The notes beneath the pieces were generated by a model. That model searched no databases, was not told where the DNA came from, and worked only from the letters and a program-made list of their open reading frames with translations. Shown here piece after piece: positions 15,251 to 26,805 of a stretch of 33,262 nt of DNA. A program made the translations under genes and the position numbers. How positions within the stretch are numbered: the stretch's first letter is position 1; each line of letters starts with the position of its first letter. Source of the stretch: an uncultured Acholeplasmataceae bacterium (GTDB taxonomy: Bacteria; Bacillota_I; Bacilli_A; Acholeplasmatales; Acholeplasmataceae). The DNA is taken from NCBI GenBank assembly GCA_963540905.1, contig CAUTRH010000001.1, forward strand, positions 1 through 33,262, in the 5' to 3' direction.

Positions 15251-16873
15251 TTATAATAACTCCTCTGTTTGGGGTTTGTTTTCTTTTTTAATTGAAACAA
15301 TTTTATAAAAAGCGGTTTGACCGATTGAAAATAAGTTACCAATTATCCAGTAAAACGCCAGCCCACGGTCGTTAATTGACCACCAAGTCATCACGCCCGC
15401 CATGATAATTCCGAAAATCAGCATCATGTGTTGGTTGCGTTTAGGGTCTTTTTTAGGGTCAATTACTACAGTTCTTGCGTCTTTTTCGCGCATTTTTGCG
15501 GTTTTATATGAACTGATTAGCTGAATTAAAACCATGGTGCAAAATACGATAAATGCAAGTAGATAGTTAGTTAAGTCTTTACCAGCGCCTAAGTTCAGAC
15601 CCATAAAAGATTTATCCCAAACTTGGTATGCGTAGTATCCACCTTCCACGGTAACTCGGTTAATAGTGTTATAAACTCCAATAAAAATTGGCATTTGCAA
15701 GAATGGAATTAAGAAAGAGGAGAAACCTACTTTGTGTTTGCGATAAATTCGCATCGTCTCCATTTGTTTTTGTTGAATAAAGGCTTTGTCTGTTCTGCCC
15801 TGATATTTACGCTCTAGTTTATTTAAGTCAGGGGTCATTTTCTGCATTCTGGCAGACATTACATTAGTGCGGGCGTAAATTGGCCAGGCCAAGATACGAA
15901 CGATAATTGTTGTAAAAATGATACCAATTGCGAATTTACCAGCAATTGAGGTATTTCCAAGCAACCAACCCATCCAGGCTGTGGTTAAGTAGTCGAACCA
16001 ACCAAAAGTTTGTTTGTGTAAAGGATACTGGCCTCCACCTACAAAAACGTCGGTTGTTAGCTTAAAGTCGCTGTATTTTGCTAAAAACTCAGAGTTTTCA
16101 CTTAACGCTGAATTAAAGTTAATTTGATAGCTGTAAGTAATTACTTCTTTGTCTTTGTTTTTAACTAAATATCTAGCTTGTTCAAAATTGCTATCTATGA
16201 CTTTTTTGGCAATTAAGTCCTTAGTTTGGATTTTCTTATCGTGTCCTTCTTCAAGTTCTAACAGACTTTTTGTGTAAAGTGATTTTTCAATAACTTCAGG
16301 CTCTGGTGCTTTATCTAAATTAAAACGATAAATATTGCTAAACTTAACTAAGTCAGAAAAATTAACGCGCTCACCAATTCTTCTAAAGAACGGAAAAGGT
16401 GTTAAAACAGGGTTTTTAGCGTTACCGATATTCAGTTCGTAAGTTTGGAAATACATGCTAGCTTTGCTTGCTTTGAAAAGTGCTTTGTCGTAAACCACAT
16501 TAAAAGTGCGAGTGATATTTTTGTCTTGCACATCGGTTAAAGTGACGTCAATTAGTCCGTTTGCATCAACTTTCTCACCAAGAGTTAGTCTGTATCCGTC
16601 TTTGAAGTTGCCACGATCAAGTTGTTGAACAGATCCGTCTTCAAGTAGACGATATACTGAAAGAGAAGGTAAGTTTTCAGTAAGCGGGGCAAGTGCTCTA
16701 AAGTCATTTCCTTGCAGAGAAACTTCTTTGCCTGAATTTAGTTGAACTCGCTCTGAGTAGGTACCAAATTGATGGTATAGACCAATGATTTTTTGTTTTT
16801 TATTACAAGACACTAAAGTAAAAACTAAAACTGCTGAAATAAAAAACAAAAGCAGGGTTTTGATTTTATTCAT
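15251..16873 (-). CDS. yidC: Membrane protein insertase YidC with lipoprotein signal and a ~265-aa extra N-terminal extracytoplasmic domain
   Basis: 540 aa with lipobox LVS-C at Cys23. The YidC/Oxa1 core runs from about aa 290 (IIVRILAWPIYARTNVMSARMQKMTPDLNKLERKY). ATGA overlap with the rnpA stop. Confidence 0.9.
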   Translation of the reverse strand: MNKIKTLLLFFISAVLVFTLVSCNKKQKIIGLYHQFGTYSERVQLNSGKEVSLQGNDFRALAPLTENLPSLSVYRLLEDGSVQQLDRGNFKDGYRLTLGEKVDANGLIDVTLTDVQDKNITRTFNVVYDKALFKASKASMYFQTYELNIGNAKNPVLTPFPFFRRIGERVNFSDLVKFSNIYRFNLDKAPEPEVIEKSLYTKSLLELEEGHDKKIQTKDLIAKKVIDSNFEQARYLVKNKDKEVITYSYQINFNSALSENSEFLAKYSDFKLTTDVFVGGGQYPLHKQTFGWFDYLTTAWMGWLLGNTSIAGKFAIGIIFTTIIVRILAWPIYARTNVMSARMQKMTPDLNKLERKYQGRTDKAFIQQKQMETMRIYRKHKVGFSSFLIPFLQMPIFIGVYNTINRVTVEGGYYAYQVWDKSFMGLNLGAGKDLTNYLLAFIVFCTMVLIQLISSYKTAKMREKDARTVVIDPKKDPKRNQHMMLIFGIIMAGVMTWWSINDRGLAFYWIIGNLFSIGQTAFYKIVSIKKENKPQTEELL

Positions 16874-17208
16874 TGTTCCTCCACTTTATAGATTTTATTT
16901 AAAGAACCAGTCAGTTCTTTTTTAATTTCTATAAATGTTAGTATTGCTGCTACAGGTTTAACTACAACTATTGTTAAAAAACTTAATTTGCATTGTTTAT
17001 AGTTTCTCAAAATATTTCTGATTTGTCTTTTAATTTTGTTGCGTTGAACAGCGTTGCCAAATTTTTTACCAATCGAGATACCAAACCTGGAGTGTGGTTC
17101 TTCTGTTTGTCTAAACACAATTCTAAAGTGCAGTGTGCTGAATTTCTTGCCGGTTTTAAATATTTGGTCAAACTCTGCGTATTTTTTGACTCTGTATTTT
17201 TTTTCCAT
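16870..17208 (-). CDS. rnpA: Ribonuclease P protein component
   Basis: MEKKYRVKKYAEFDQIFKTGKK..RNKIKRQIRN is typical RnpA. The start at ATG 17208 is preferred over the track start at 17241, which remains possible. TGA stop. Confidence 0.85.
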   Translation of the reverse strand: MEKKYRVKKYAEFDQIFKTGKKFSTLHFRIVFRQTEEPHSRFGISIGKKFGNAVQRNKIKRQIRNILRNYKQCKLSFLTIVVVKPVAAILTFIEIKKELTGSLNKIYKVEEQ

Positions 17209-17286
17209 AATGTGTATAAAAAACCACCTTAAAATATTCAATTTAAAAATATTTATCTGGTGGTTAGGTTCAAATATTTATTTAAA

Positions 17287-17442
17287 TTATTTTTGGTGTT
17301 TAGTGTCACTAACTGTTAAAACTAAACGTCCTTTTGCACGTCTTCTTTGTAGAACTCTACGGCCGTTTGCAGTGCTCATTCTTTCCATGAAACCATGTGT
17401 ACGTGCTCTTTTAATTTTACTTGGTTGATATGTTCTTTTCAT
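17287..17442 (-). CDS. rpmH: 50S ribosomal protein L34
   Basis: [44 protein letters not shown] plus a 7-aa tail. ATG 17442 lies 6 nt after AAAGGA. The track ORF is extended upstream. Confidence 0.92.
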   Translation of the reverse strand: MKRTYQPSKIKRARTHGFMERMSTANGRRVLQRRRAKGRLVLTVSDTKHQK

Positions 17443-17470
17443 ATTAGTCCTTTCAAACAATGCTCTTAAA

Positions 17471-17499
17471 AGTTTAACACATCGTAGCTTTTTTTGCAA
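17471..17499 (-). promoter_or_regulatory. Putative rpmH operon promoter
   Basis: On the minus strand: TTGCAA (17494-17499), 17 nt, TAAACT (17471-17476), with TG 1 nt upstream of the -10. Confidence 0.5.
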
Positions 17500-17562
17500 T
17501 TTTTTTTAATGCGTAAATTGAGAATATTGGTTTATTTTTAGCGAGTTCAACCAAACTGTTTT

Positions 17563-17742
17563 TTATCCACAATATTTGATTTTAACCACAATGTGGACAA
17601 CTTGTGTGTGGAAAACAAAATGTGTAGATGTGGATAAGTTCGCGAAAATCGGCTATTTAAAAGGTTCTTTTGGCTTAGTTGTCCACAATTTTACCCACAT
17701 TAGTCGGGCCTTATGCAAGTTATCCACAGAAAATGTGGATAA
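17563..17742. other. oriC part 1: DnaA-box cluster upstream of dnaA
   Basis: Perfect TTATCCACA boxes at 17563-17571, 17629-17637 (reverse complement), 17720-17728 and 17734-17742 (reverse complement). One-mismatch boxes at 17582-17590, 17592-17600, 17607-17615, 17679-17687 and 17691-17699. Confidence 0.9.
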
Positions 17743-17799
17743 ACTAAATTGTTTTTGTTTACATTGTATTGATAAAATACTTACACAAAAGGAGAACTT

Positions 17800-19191
17800 A
17801 TGGACAGCGACGTAAAAAAACTGTGGTCAGACATTATCAGCCAACTTAAAAACGAAATTGAAGAAGAGAGTTTCGACTCACTTTTTGGAAATAAAACGAG
17901 TATTTATAGGGTAGATAACAACATTGTCTATATTTTGGTAGATAACGATTTTGTCAAAACTAGACTTTCTGTATACCACAGCGATAAAATTAACGAAATC
18001 GCGGCTACTCTGTTTCAAGAAACTCCATTGTCATTTAAATTTATTACAGAAACCGACCTTGAATATGAAAAAGAAAAAGAAAGTCCTGCTGCTTTTGAAA
18101 CCGATGGTTACCTTGACAGTAAATTAAACCCAAAGTACACTTTTTCTAACTTTGTGGTCGGAGTTTCAAACTCTTTTGCATATCGCTGTGCGATTTCTGT
18201 TGCTGAGCAGCCTGCTTCAACTGGAAACCCTTTCTATATTTCTGGGGCGGTAGGGGTCGGCAAAACTCACCTAATGCACGCAATTGGCAACGAAATGATT
18301 AAAAATAACCCAAATTTAAAAGTTCTATATATTCCTGCAAGCACTTTTGTTGAAGAATTTACTAGCGTTTTTTATGGGAGTGATAAAACTAGCCGCATGC
18401 AACAGTTTAACAAAAAATTCAAATCTTTAGACTGTCTGCTGATTGACGATATTCAAATGATTAGCGGTGCTGAAAAGACTCAAAATGAATTTTTTAAGCT
18501 ATATGAACACCTTCATAACTCAAATAAACAAATAGTTTTAGCCTCTGACCGCAAAACTAGTGAACTGCAAAACATCCACTCTCGCCTAGTTTCTCGCTTT
18601 GCGTGGGGCTTGACTGCCAGTATAGAAGTTCCAAACGACGAACACCGCGTCTCAATTTTAAAAAGAAAAGCCAGCGAAATGTTTGCACCAGAAATCGCAA
18701 GTCAAATTGGCGAAGACATTTTAATGTATATCGCTAAAGTTATTAAAACCAATGTGCGTGATTTAGAGGGTGCATTGTATTCATCTATCATGAACTGCAC
18801 AATGTCTAACATTCCAATTAACTTAGAAAACGTCAAAGAAGCCATTCGCGTGCTTATCAACGCACAAACCGAGACTTTTGTGCCAAAGGCTTCAGTTGAA
18901 AAAGAAGTTAACAACATAATTTCGGTAGTTGCTAAATACTATGAACTTCAGCCTTTTGACATTCTTTCGTTAAAGAAAAGTTACAAAGTTGTCACCGCTA
19001 GACACCTTTGTATGTATTTAATTCGCCAACACTATAACTTGGTTTTTACAAAAATCGCGAAACTTTTCAACCGTAAAGACCATACTACCGTGATTTCTGC
19101 TGTTGAAAAAATTCAAAAAGAAATATCCGAACAGGTTGAGTTAAAAAAAGCTATTGAAGACATTGAAAAGAAACTTGGGATTTTAAAATAG
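17800..19191 (+). CDS. dnaA: Chromosomal replication initiator protein DnaA
   Basis: 463 aa with Walker A GAVGVGKTHL, LLIDDIQ, and a C-terminal DNA-binding domain (DHTTVISAVEKI). RBS is AAGGAG. Confidence 0.97.
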   Translation: MDSDVKKLWSDIISQLKNEIEEESFDSLFGNKTSIYRVDNNIVYILVDNDFVKTRLSVYHSDKINEIAATLFQETPLSFKFITETDLEYEKEKESPAAFETDGYLDSKLNPKYTFSNFVVGVSNSFAYRCAISVAEQPASTGNPFYISGAVGVGKTHLMHAIGNEMIKNNPNLKVLYIPASTFVEEFTSVFYGSDKTSRMQQFNKKFKSLDCLLIDDIQMISGAEKTQNEFFKLYEHLHNSNKQIVLASDRKTSELQNIHSRLVSRFAWGLTASIEVPNDEHRVSILKRKASEMFAPEIASQIGEDILMYIAKVIKTNVRDLEGALYSSIMNCTMSNIPINLENVKEAIRVLINAQTETFVPKASVEKEVNNIISVVAKYYELQPFDILSLKKSYKVVTARHLCMYLIRQHYNLVFTKIAKLFNRKDHTTVISAVEKIQKEISEQVELKKAIEDIEKKLGILK

Positions 19192-19201
19192 TTTTACTTT
19201 T

Positions 19202-19226
19202 AAAAGACGGACGAACCGTCTTTTTT
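19202..19226 (+). terminator. Intrinsic terminator after dnaA
   Basis: AAAAGACGG-ACGAA-CCGTCTTTT followed by TT. Confidence 0.75.
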
Positions 19227-19250
19227 ATTGCAGTTTTAACTTGCCGATAA

Positions 19251-19386
19251 TGTGGAAAACTTAACAAAACTGTGGATAAAATGTGGACAACAAAATACGC
19301 TTAATTTGGACGAAATTTGCGTTTTTTTTGCCCTTATAATATAATATAATAGGTGCTTGAAATAGTGGTTTTTGAAGTTATCCACA
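19251..19386. other. oriC part 2: DnaA boxes plus AT-rich candidate unwinding region between dnaA and dnaN
   Basis: Boxes TGTGGAAAA 19251-19259, TGTGGATAA 19271-19279 (perfect), TGTGGACAA 19282-19290 and TTATCCACA 19378-19386 (perfect). (TATAA)x3 at 19335-19349. The stretch from 19387 to 19440 is almost pure A/T. Confidence 0.8.
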
Positions 19387-19442
19387 TTTCCACTTTTCCT
19401 AACAACAATAAATAGATAATAAAATAAAAAAAAGGAATTTTT

Positions 19443-20600
19443 ATGAACTTTAAAATCAAAACAGAAACCTTAATTGAATACATCAACTTGGTTGCTAAAG
19501 CCTTACCAAACAAAAGCCCTAGACCACTTAGTGAAAGCATTAAATTCTCAGTTAAAAAAGACTCAATAAAAATATTTGCGAACCACAAAAACTTAGAGAT
19601 TATGGCAATAGTTGATACTAACATTGAAGTGCTTGTAGAAGGTAACGCAATCTTAGATGGCAAAACAATTTTAAACATTATTAAGTCACCAGGTATTGCT
19701 TTGCACGAAGAAGTTCAGTTCATTCAAATTTCTGAATACCAAGTTCTGATAATCGCTGGAACTTCAGAGTTTAGACTAAATGCTTTAAACTACGACCTTG
19801 AACACTTGATTTTTGAAGAAGATGAAAAACCAATTGTCATTTCTAGCGAAGATTTAGCAATTTCTTTAAAAGAAGTGGTTTACTGTACAGCAGATCCAGA
19901 TGCCAAACCAAGAATCGTTTGTTTAACTGGTGTGAACTTTGCGTTTAGCGAACGCAGATTAACACTAACCGGTAGCGACAACGCTAGACTTGCCCAAAAA
20001 CGACTTGAAGTTAATTCAAAGAAAAACCTGAATTTAACAATACCTGCCGAATCTATTAAGGAACTGCTTAAAATTCTTGAACAAACTAAAGGCGATGTTG
20101 AAATTTCTGTGAACCCACTTTGTTCAAAAGTGTTGTTTGTGATTAAAAATGTCTTCTTTCAAACCGCTGTACTTTCAGATAAATACGGTAATCTAAACAG
20201 TGCTACTCAATTTGAAACTAAACTATCAATTCCTTTAAAAACTGTTGAGTTTAGCAATGCCCTTAAAACAATTTCAGCAGTTACTGATAAATCAAAGTCA
20301 ACTTACTTAATTAACTTCACTTTAAAACCAAACAAGACTTGTGAAGTTGCAACTTCTGAAAACGGAAAAGGTTCGTCTCGCACTATTTTAATTCCAGCAG
20401 GAGAAATTTACAATCAATTGGCCGAGACCTTCTTAATGATTTTTTCACTTAAACACTTGCAAGAAGCAATCTTGGTGTATGAAAGTCTTGGTATTGAAGA
20501 ACTCGCGCTTGAGTTTTACTCAAATGACCGTGCAGTTCGAATTACCTCACTTGAAGAGCCTGAACTAGTTACTCTAATTACCCCTCTTAATAATTTTTAA
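19443..20600 (+). CDS. dnaN: DNA polymerase III beta sliding clamp
   Basis: 385 aa in the conserved position after dnaA, with a three-domain clamp-like pattern (N-terminal MNFKIKTETLIEYINLVAKALP). Confidence 0.9.
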   Translation: MNFKIKTETLIEYINLVAKALPNKSPRPLSESIKFSVKKDSIKIFANHKNLEIMAIVDTNIEVLVEGNAILDGKTILNIIKSPGIALHEEVQFIQISEYQVLIIAGTSEFRLNALNYDLEHLIFEEDEKPIVISSEDLAISLKEVVYCTADPDAKPRIVCLTGVNFAFSERRLTLTGSDNARLAQKRLEVNSKKNLNLTIPAESIKELLKILEQTKGDVEISVNPLCSKVLFVIKNVFFQTAVLSDKYGNLNSATQFETKLSIPLKTVEFSNALKTISAVTDKSKSTYLINFTLKPNKTCEVATSENGKGSSRTILIPAGEIYNQLAETFLMIFSLKHLQEAILVYESLGIEELALEFYSNDRAVRITSLEEPELVTLITPLNNF

Positions 20601-20618
20601 AAAAGGGAAGTAAAAGTT

Positions 20619-20876
20619 ATGAAACAAATTAAAATTGAAAACATTGAAATCATCAGACGCACCCCAAAGGCTGTGTTAGTAGGATTCCCCACTGAATCTG
20701 AATACTCTAAATACGCAGTTTGGTTTCCAAAATCTAAAGTTAACATTAGAGGTAAAACCGCGTTAATTACTTTAGTTGGAGATGAGTATCAACTTGTATT
20801 TAAAGAAACCCCGCTACTTGACCGCAACGCTATTGCAAAGGGGTTCTTAACTGAAGTTATTGAAGAAGAAAACTAA
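20619..20876 (+). CDS. Hypothetical 85-aa protein
   Basis: Clean ORF with RBS AAGGGAAG 8 nt upstream, 18 nt after dnaN, and followed by a terminator. No family recognised; it does not look like YaaA/S4-type or RecF. Confidence 0.6.
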   Translation: MKQIKIENIEIIRRTPKAVLVGFPTESEYSKYAVWFPKSKVNIRGKTALITLVGDEYQLVFKETPLLDRNAIAKGFLTEVIEEEN

Positions 20877-20915
20877 AAATTATTTATATTTCTACGTTTT
20901 ATATTAAGTTTAGTT

Positions 20916-20955
20916 AAATAAAGGTGCGATTTCTAAGCGCCTTTATTTAATTTTT
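20916..20955 (+). terminator. Intrinsic terminator after the 85-aa ORF
   Basis: AAATAAAGGTGC (20916-20927) pairs with GCGCCTTTATTT (20937-20948) with one G-U pair, followed by a T-rich tail. Confidence 0.65.
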
Positions 20956-21014
20956 AAAAACCTTTAACAAAACAACGCAGATATGTAATTTATTTAAAAA
21001 CACAAGGAGACTAA

Positions 21015-22925
<1,911 letters not shown>

Positions 22926-22936
22926 AGGAGCACACC

Positions 22937-25516
22937 ATGCTTAATTTTTTAGACGAAGAAAAATTAGAAACAGAACTTAACGGAGAAAATTTAGAAGAAC
23001 TTAGCCAAGACGAAGAGCAAATAGAAGATTTTGAGACTAACCTTGCTGATTTTAAAGACGCCAAAGAAGAACCAGTTGAAATAGTAAGCGAAATCAAAGA
23101 CTCGTTTCTAGACTACGCGATGTCGGTTATTGTTGACCGAGCACTGCCAGACGTCAGAGACGGGCTTAAACCAGTGCAAAGAAGAATTCTTTACGCTATG
23201 AACGAACTTAACATTTTGCCAGGCTCTGCACACAAAAAATCTGCTCGTATCGTTGGTGAAGTAATTGGTAAGTATCACCCTCATGGTGACTCATCTGTAT
23301 ACGAAGCGATGGTTAGAATGGCCCAAGACTTTTCGTATTTGTACCCTTTAGTTGATGGACACGGTAACTTTGGTTCAGTTGACGGAGACGGCGCTGCTGC
23401 CATGCGTTATACCGAAGCCAGAATGTCTAAGGTTGCCCTTGACTTAGTCAGAGACCTTGAAAAAGAAACAGTTGATTTTGGTGATAACTACGACGGTAGC
23501 GAAAAAGAACCAAAAGTCTTGCCTGCTCGTTTTCCGAACTTACTTGTAAACGGAGTTAAAGGAATTGCCGTTGGTATGGCAACATCAATTCCACCTCACA
23601 ACATGCAAGAGATACTTGCAGGTACCATAGCGCTGATTGACAACCCAGATTTACCACTTACTGATTTGATGAACATTATTAAGGGACCAGATTTTCCAAC
23701 GGGTGGCGAGATTCTTGATTTAAACGGCTTGCATCGTGGTTATCTAACCGGACAAGGCCGCGTGGTTATTCGCTCAATTGTTGACATTAACACCACCAAG
23801 AGCGGAAAATCACAAATCATTATTAAAGAAATTCCATATATGGTAAACCGCAAATTACTCATTGAAAAAATCTCTGAACTTGTTAAAGAAAAAGTAGTTG
23901 ATGGAATTGTAGGGATGGCAGATGAATCTAACCGCAAAGGTACTCGCATAGTTCTGGACTTAAGACGAGACGTAATTTCGGAAGTAGTTTTAAATAACTT
24001 ATATAAATACAGCCAACTGCAGTCTAGTTTTGCGATTAATATGATTGCTTTGGTTAACGGAGTTCCAAAACAACTTGGGCTTATTCCAATACTTCGCAAC
24101 TTTATTGAGTTTCAAATTGAGTTGTTGATTCGCAAAACTAAGTTTGAATTAAAGAAAGCAGAGGCTAGAATTCACATTATAAAAGGGCTTATTAAAGCGC
24201 TTTCAGCAATAGACCTTTGTGTTAAACTAATCAAAGAATCCAAGACTCCAGAAATTGCTAAAACCAAATTGATGGAAAATCTAGACATTGATGAAGTTCA
24301 AGCAAAAGCAATTTTAGCCTTGACCTTGCAGAGACTAACAGGTCTTGAAATTGAAAAAATTCACGAAGAGCACCAAGAATTGCTTGCGAAAATTGAGTAC
24401 TACAACTTAATTTTAAGCAGTTCAGATAAACAAAAAGAAATCATTAAAGGTGAACTTAATGAACTAATTGCTAAATACAACAAGCCACGTAAGTCTATTT
24501 TGAACTTCTCAACTTCGCTAGATATTGAAAACGAAGACTTAATTCCACGTAGAGATGTAATTATTACAGTTACCGAAAACGGCTATGTTAAGCGAATAGA
24601 TGCAGATCAGTATAGAGTGCAGTCTAGAGGTGGAGTTGGAGCAAGTGGCATTAAAGTTAATGAAGACGATAAAGTTCAAGTGATTTTAAAAACCAACTCA
24701 CATGACCAAATTCTAATCTTTACTAACTTTGGGCGCGTATATCAACTGAAAGCCTTTAAAATTCCTGAAGCCTCAAAACAAGGCAAAGGACTGCCTTTAG
24801 TTAACTTAATTGACTTTCAAGAAAATGAACACTTTCAATGTATTACTAATTTAACCCCAGATTTAGAAAACGGATATTTATTTTTCTTAACAAAAGGTGG
24901 AAAGATTAAAAAAACTCCAGACAGCGAGTTTAGCCGAGTTAACGCAAACGGAAAAAAAGCCATTCAGTTAGTTGAAGACGATGAACTGCTTCAAGCTGTG
25001 CACTTTGAAGGAAATCCTTTTATTATGATTGCCACCAAACACGGACAGGCTTTGAAATTTAAGTCTGATACTCTTCGTCCACTTGGTCGCACATCTCAAG
25101 GTGTACGCTCAATTTCTTTAGCAGAGGGTGATGAAATTATTGGCTGCTCTATTGTTAAAGACGACGAAACCGATGTTTTAGTGATTTCTGAACTTGGCCT
25201 TGGTAAGCGAACTCAAGCAAAAGAGTACCGCACAACTTCGCGTGTCGGAAAAGGTGTGAAAACTATGAAAATCACCGAAAAAACCGGTAGCCTAGTAGCG
25301 CTTATCGTTGCAACTGACCAGCAAGACTTAATTGCTTCAACTAATTTAGGTGTAGTAATTAGAACCCCGATTGCCGAGATTTCCAGAACTTCTCGTAACA
25401 CCCAAGGCGTTAAAATTATCAAACCAGCCGAAGGCTCAAAAGTCCAAACTATTACCTTGGACGAGTCTTTTCAAGAAACCGATAAAATGCCTCAAAGCGA
25501 GATAGAAAGCGAGTAA
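22937..25516 (+). CDS. gyrA: DNA gyrase subunit A (with ~35-45-aa acidic N-terminal extension)
   Basis: 859 aa with [28 protein letters not shown], the active-site region AAMRYTE and C-terminal beta-pinwheel repeats. A strong RBS AAGGAG precedes ATG 22937. Confidence 0.96.
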   Translation: MLNFLDEEKLETELNGENLEELSQDEEQIEDFETNLADFKDAKEEPVEIVSEIKDSFLDYAMSVIVDRALPDVRDGLKPVQRRILYAMNELNILPGSAHKKSARIVGEVIGKYHPHGDSSVYEAMVRMAQDFSYLYPLVDGHGNFGSVDGDGAAAMRYTEARMSKVALDLVRDLEKETVDFGDNYDGSEKEPKVLPARFPNLLVNGVKGIAVGMATSIPPHNMQEILAGTIALIDNPDLPLTDLMNIIKGPDFPTGGEILDLNGLHRGYLTGQGRVVIRSIVDINTTKSGKSQIIIKEIPYMVNRKLLIEKISELVKEKVVDGIVGMADESNRKGTRIVLDLRRDVISEVVLNNLYKYSQLQSSFAINMIALVNGVPKQLGLIPILRNFIEFQIELLIRKTKFELKKAEARIHIIKGLIKALSAIDLCVKLIKESKTPEIAKTKLMENLDIDEVQAKAILALTLQRLTGLEIEKIHEEHQELLAKIEYYNLILSSSDKQKEIIKGELNELIAKYNKPRKSILNFSTSLDIENEDLIPRRDVIITVTENGYVKRIDADQYRVQSRGGVGASGIKVNEDDKVQVILKTNSHDQILIFTNFGRVYQLKAFKIPEASKQGKGLPLVNLIDFQENEHFQCITNLTPDLENGYLFFLTKGGKIKKTPDSEFSRVNANGKKAIQLVEDDELLQAVHFEGNPFIMIATKHGQALKFKSDTLRPLGRTSQGVRSISLAEGDEIIGCSIVKDDETDVLVISELGLGKRTQAKEYRTTSRVGKGVKTMKITEKTGSLVALIVATDQQDLIASTNLGVVIRTPIAEISRTSRNTQGVKIIKPAEGSKVQTITLDESFQETDKMPQSEIESE

Positions 25517-25522
25517 GCATAG

Positions 25523-26803
25523 ATGTTTGATTTAAATTATTTACAAAAAAACTTTAAAAAAGTCCAAAATAAGTTAGCGTTAAGACCAAACTTCAATAAG
25601 GAAGAGTTTGCAAAACTGCCTAAACTAATTTCAAATAAGCGCCGAATTCAAGCAGAGATTGACAATTTAAGAGCTAAGAAAAATACACTAACTGCGCAGA
25701 TCCCAGAACTTAAAAAACAAGACAAAGACATTACCTTGGTGCTAGCCGAAAGCAAAGAATGTGGTGAAAAAATTTCTAAACTTACTCAAGATTTTGAAGT
25801 TGTTTCTAAAGAACTTGAAGACTTGATTTTAGATCTGCCAAATATTCCCGACAGCGAAGTAACTTTCGGCAAAGACGAAAATGAAAACACCGTAATTAAA
25901 ACTTACCTTGAACCTACAAAATTTGACTTCACTCCAAAAGATCACGTTACTTTAAATGAGCGACTTGGGCTGTTTGACTTTGAGCGTGCAAGCAAAGTTG
26001 CAGGTGCTAGATTTGTCTACGACATCGGACTTGGTGCAAGACTAGAGAGAGCGCTAATTTCGTTTATGTTAGACCTTCATTCTAAACGTGGCTACATTGA
26101 GTGTATTCCACCTTATTTAGTGTCAAAAGACTCAATGTATGCAACTGGTAAGTTTCCGAAATTTATGTCAGAGGCTTATCATCTTGAAGACACTGAACTT
26201 TATTTAAACCCGACTGCAGAAATTCCAATGATTGACATGTATAGAAACGAAATTTTGGATTTTGGTGTTTTGCCACTCAAATACTGCGCCTACTCAACTG
26301 CCTTTAGACCAGAAGCAGGAGCTGCTGGTAAAGACACCAAGGGTCTAATTCGGCAACATCAATTTCACAAAGTTGAACTAATTGCTTTCACTAAACCAGA
26401 AGAAAGTAAAAAAGAACTTAAGAAAATGTTAAAAGAAGCCGAACTAGTTCTGCAAAAACTAGAGTTGCCTTACCGAGTTGTTAGATTGTGCTCAGGTGAC
26501 TTAGGCCACTCAATGTCTTTAACTTACGACATTGAAGTTTGGTTGCCCGGACAAAACAAATATAGAGAAATTTCTTCTGTTTCAACTGCTAACGACTACC
26601 AATCAAGACGTGCAAATATTCGTTTTAAACGCACAAAAGACGCAAAAACTGAGTTTGTACACACTCTAAACGGTTCAGGTGTGGCAGTTGGTAGATGCGC
26701 GATTGCTATAATTGAAAACTACCAACAAGCAGATGGCACAATTTTAATCCCAAAAGCATTGCAAAAATATATGGGAGTAAAAGAAATCAAACCTATAAAA
26801 TAA
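25523..26803 (+). CDS. serS: Serine--tRNA ligase
   Basis: 426 aa with an N-terminal coiled-coil arm, FRPEAGAAGKDTKGLIRQHQFHKVE and NGSGVAVGR class II motifs. Confidence 0.95.
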   Translation: MFDLNYLQKNFKKVQNKLALRPNFNKEEFAKLPKLISNKRRIQAEIDNLRAKKNTLTAQIPELKKQDKDITLVLAESKECGEKISKLTQDFEVVSKELEDLILDLPNIPDSEVTFGKDENENTVIKTYLEPTKFDFTPKDHVTLNERLGLFDFERASKVAGARFVYDIGLGARLERALISFMLDLHSKRGYIECIPPYLVSKDSMYATGKFPKFMSEAYHLEDTELYLNPTAEIPMIDMYRNEILDFGVLPLKYCAYSTAFRPEAGAAGKDTKGLIRQHQFHKVELIAFTKPEESKKELKKMLKEAELVLQKLELPYRVVRLCSGDLGHSMSLTYDIEVWLPGQNKYREISSVSTANDYQSRRANIRFKRTKDAKTEFVHTLNGSGVAVGRCAIAIIENYQQADGTILIPKALQKYMGVKEIKPIK

Positions 26804-26805
26804 AA

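Noticed and set aside
17576-17815. 79-aa plus-strand ORF upstream of dnaA.
   Set aside because: Its sequence is made of the DnaA-box cluster (repeated TGTGGA/TCCACA gives the W-T-C-V-W and VDKL-type peptides). It is the origin, not a gene.
19334-19678. 114-aa minus-strand ORF spanning the dnaA-dnaN spacer and the dnaN 5' end.
   Set aside because: It overlaps the AT-rich origin region and is antisense to dnaN. The peptide is a hydrophobic AT-rich artefact.
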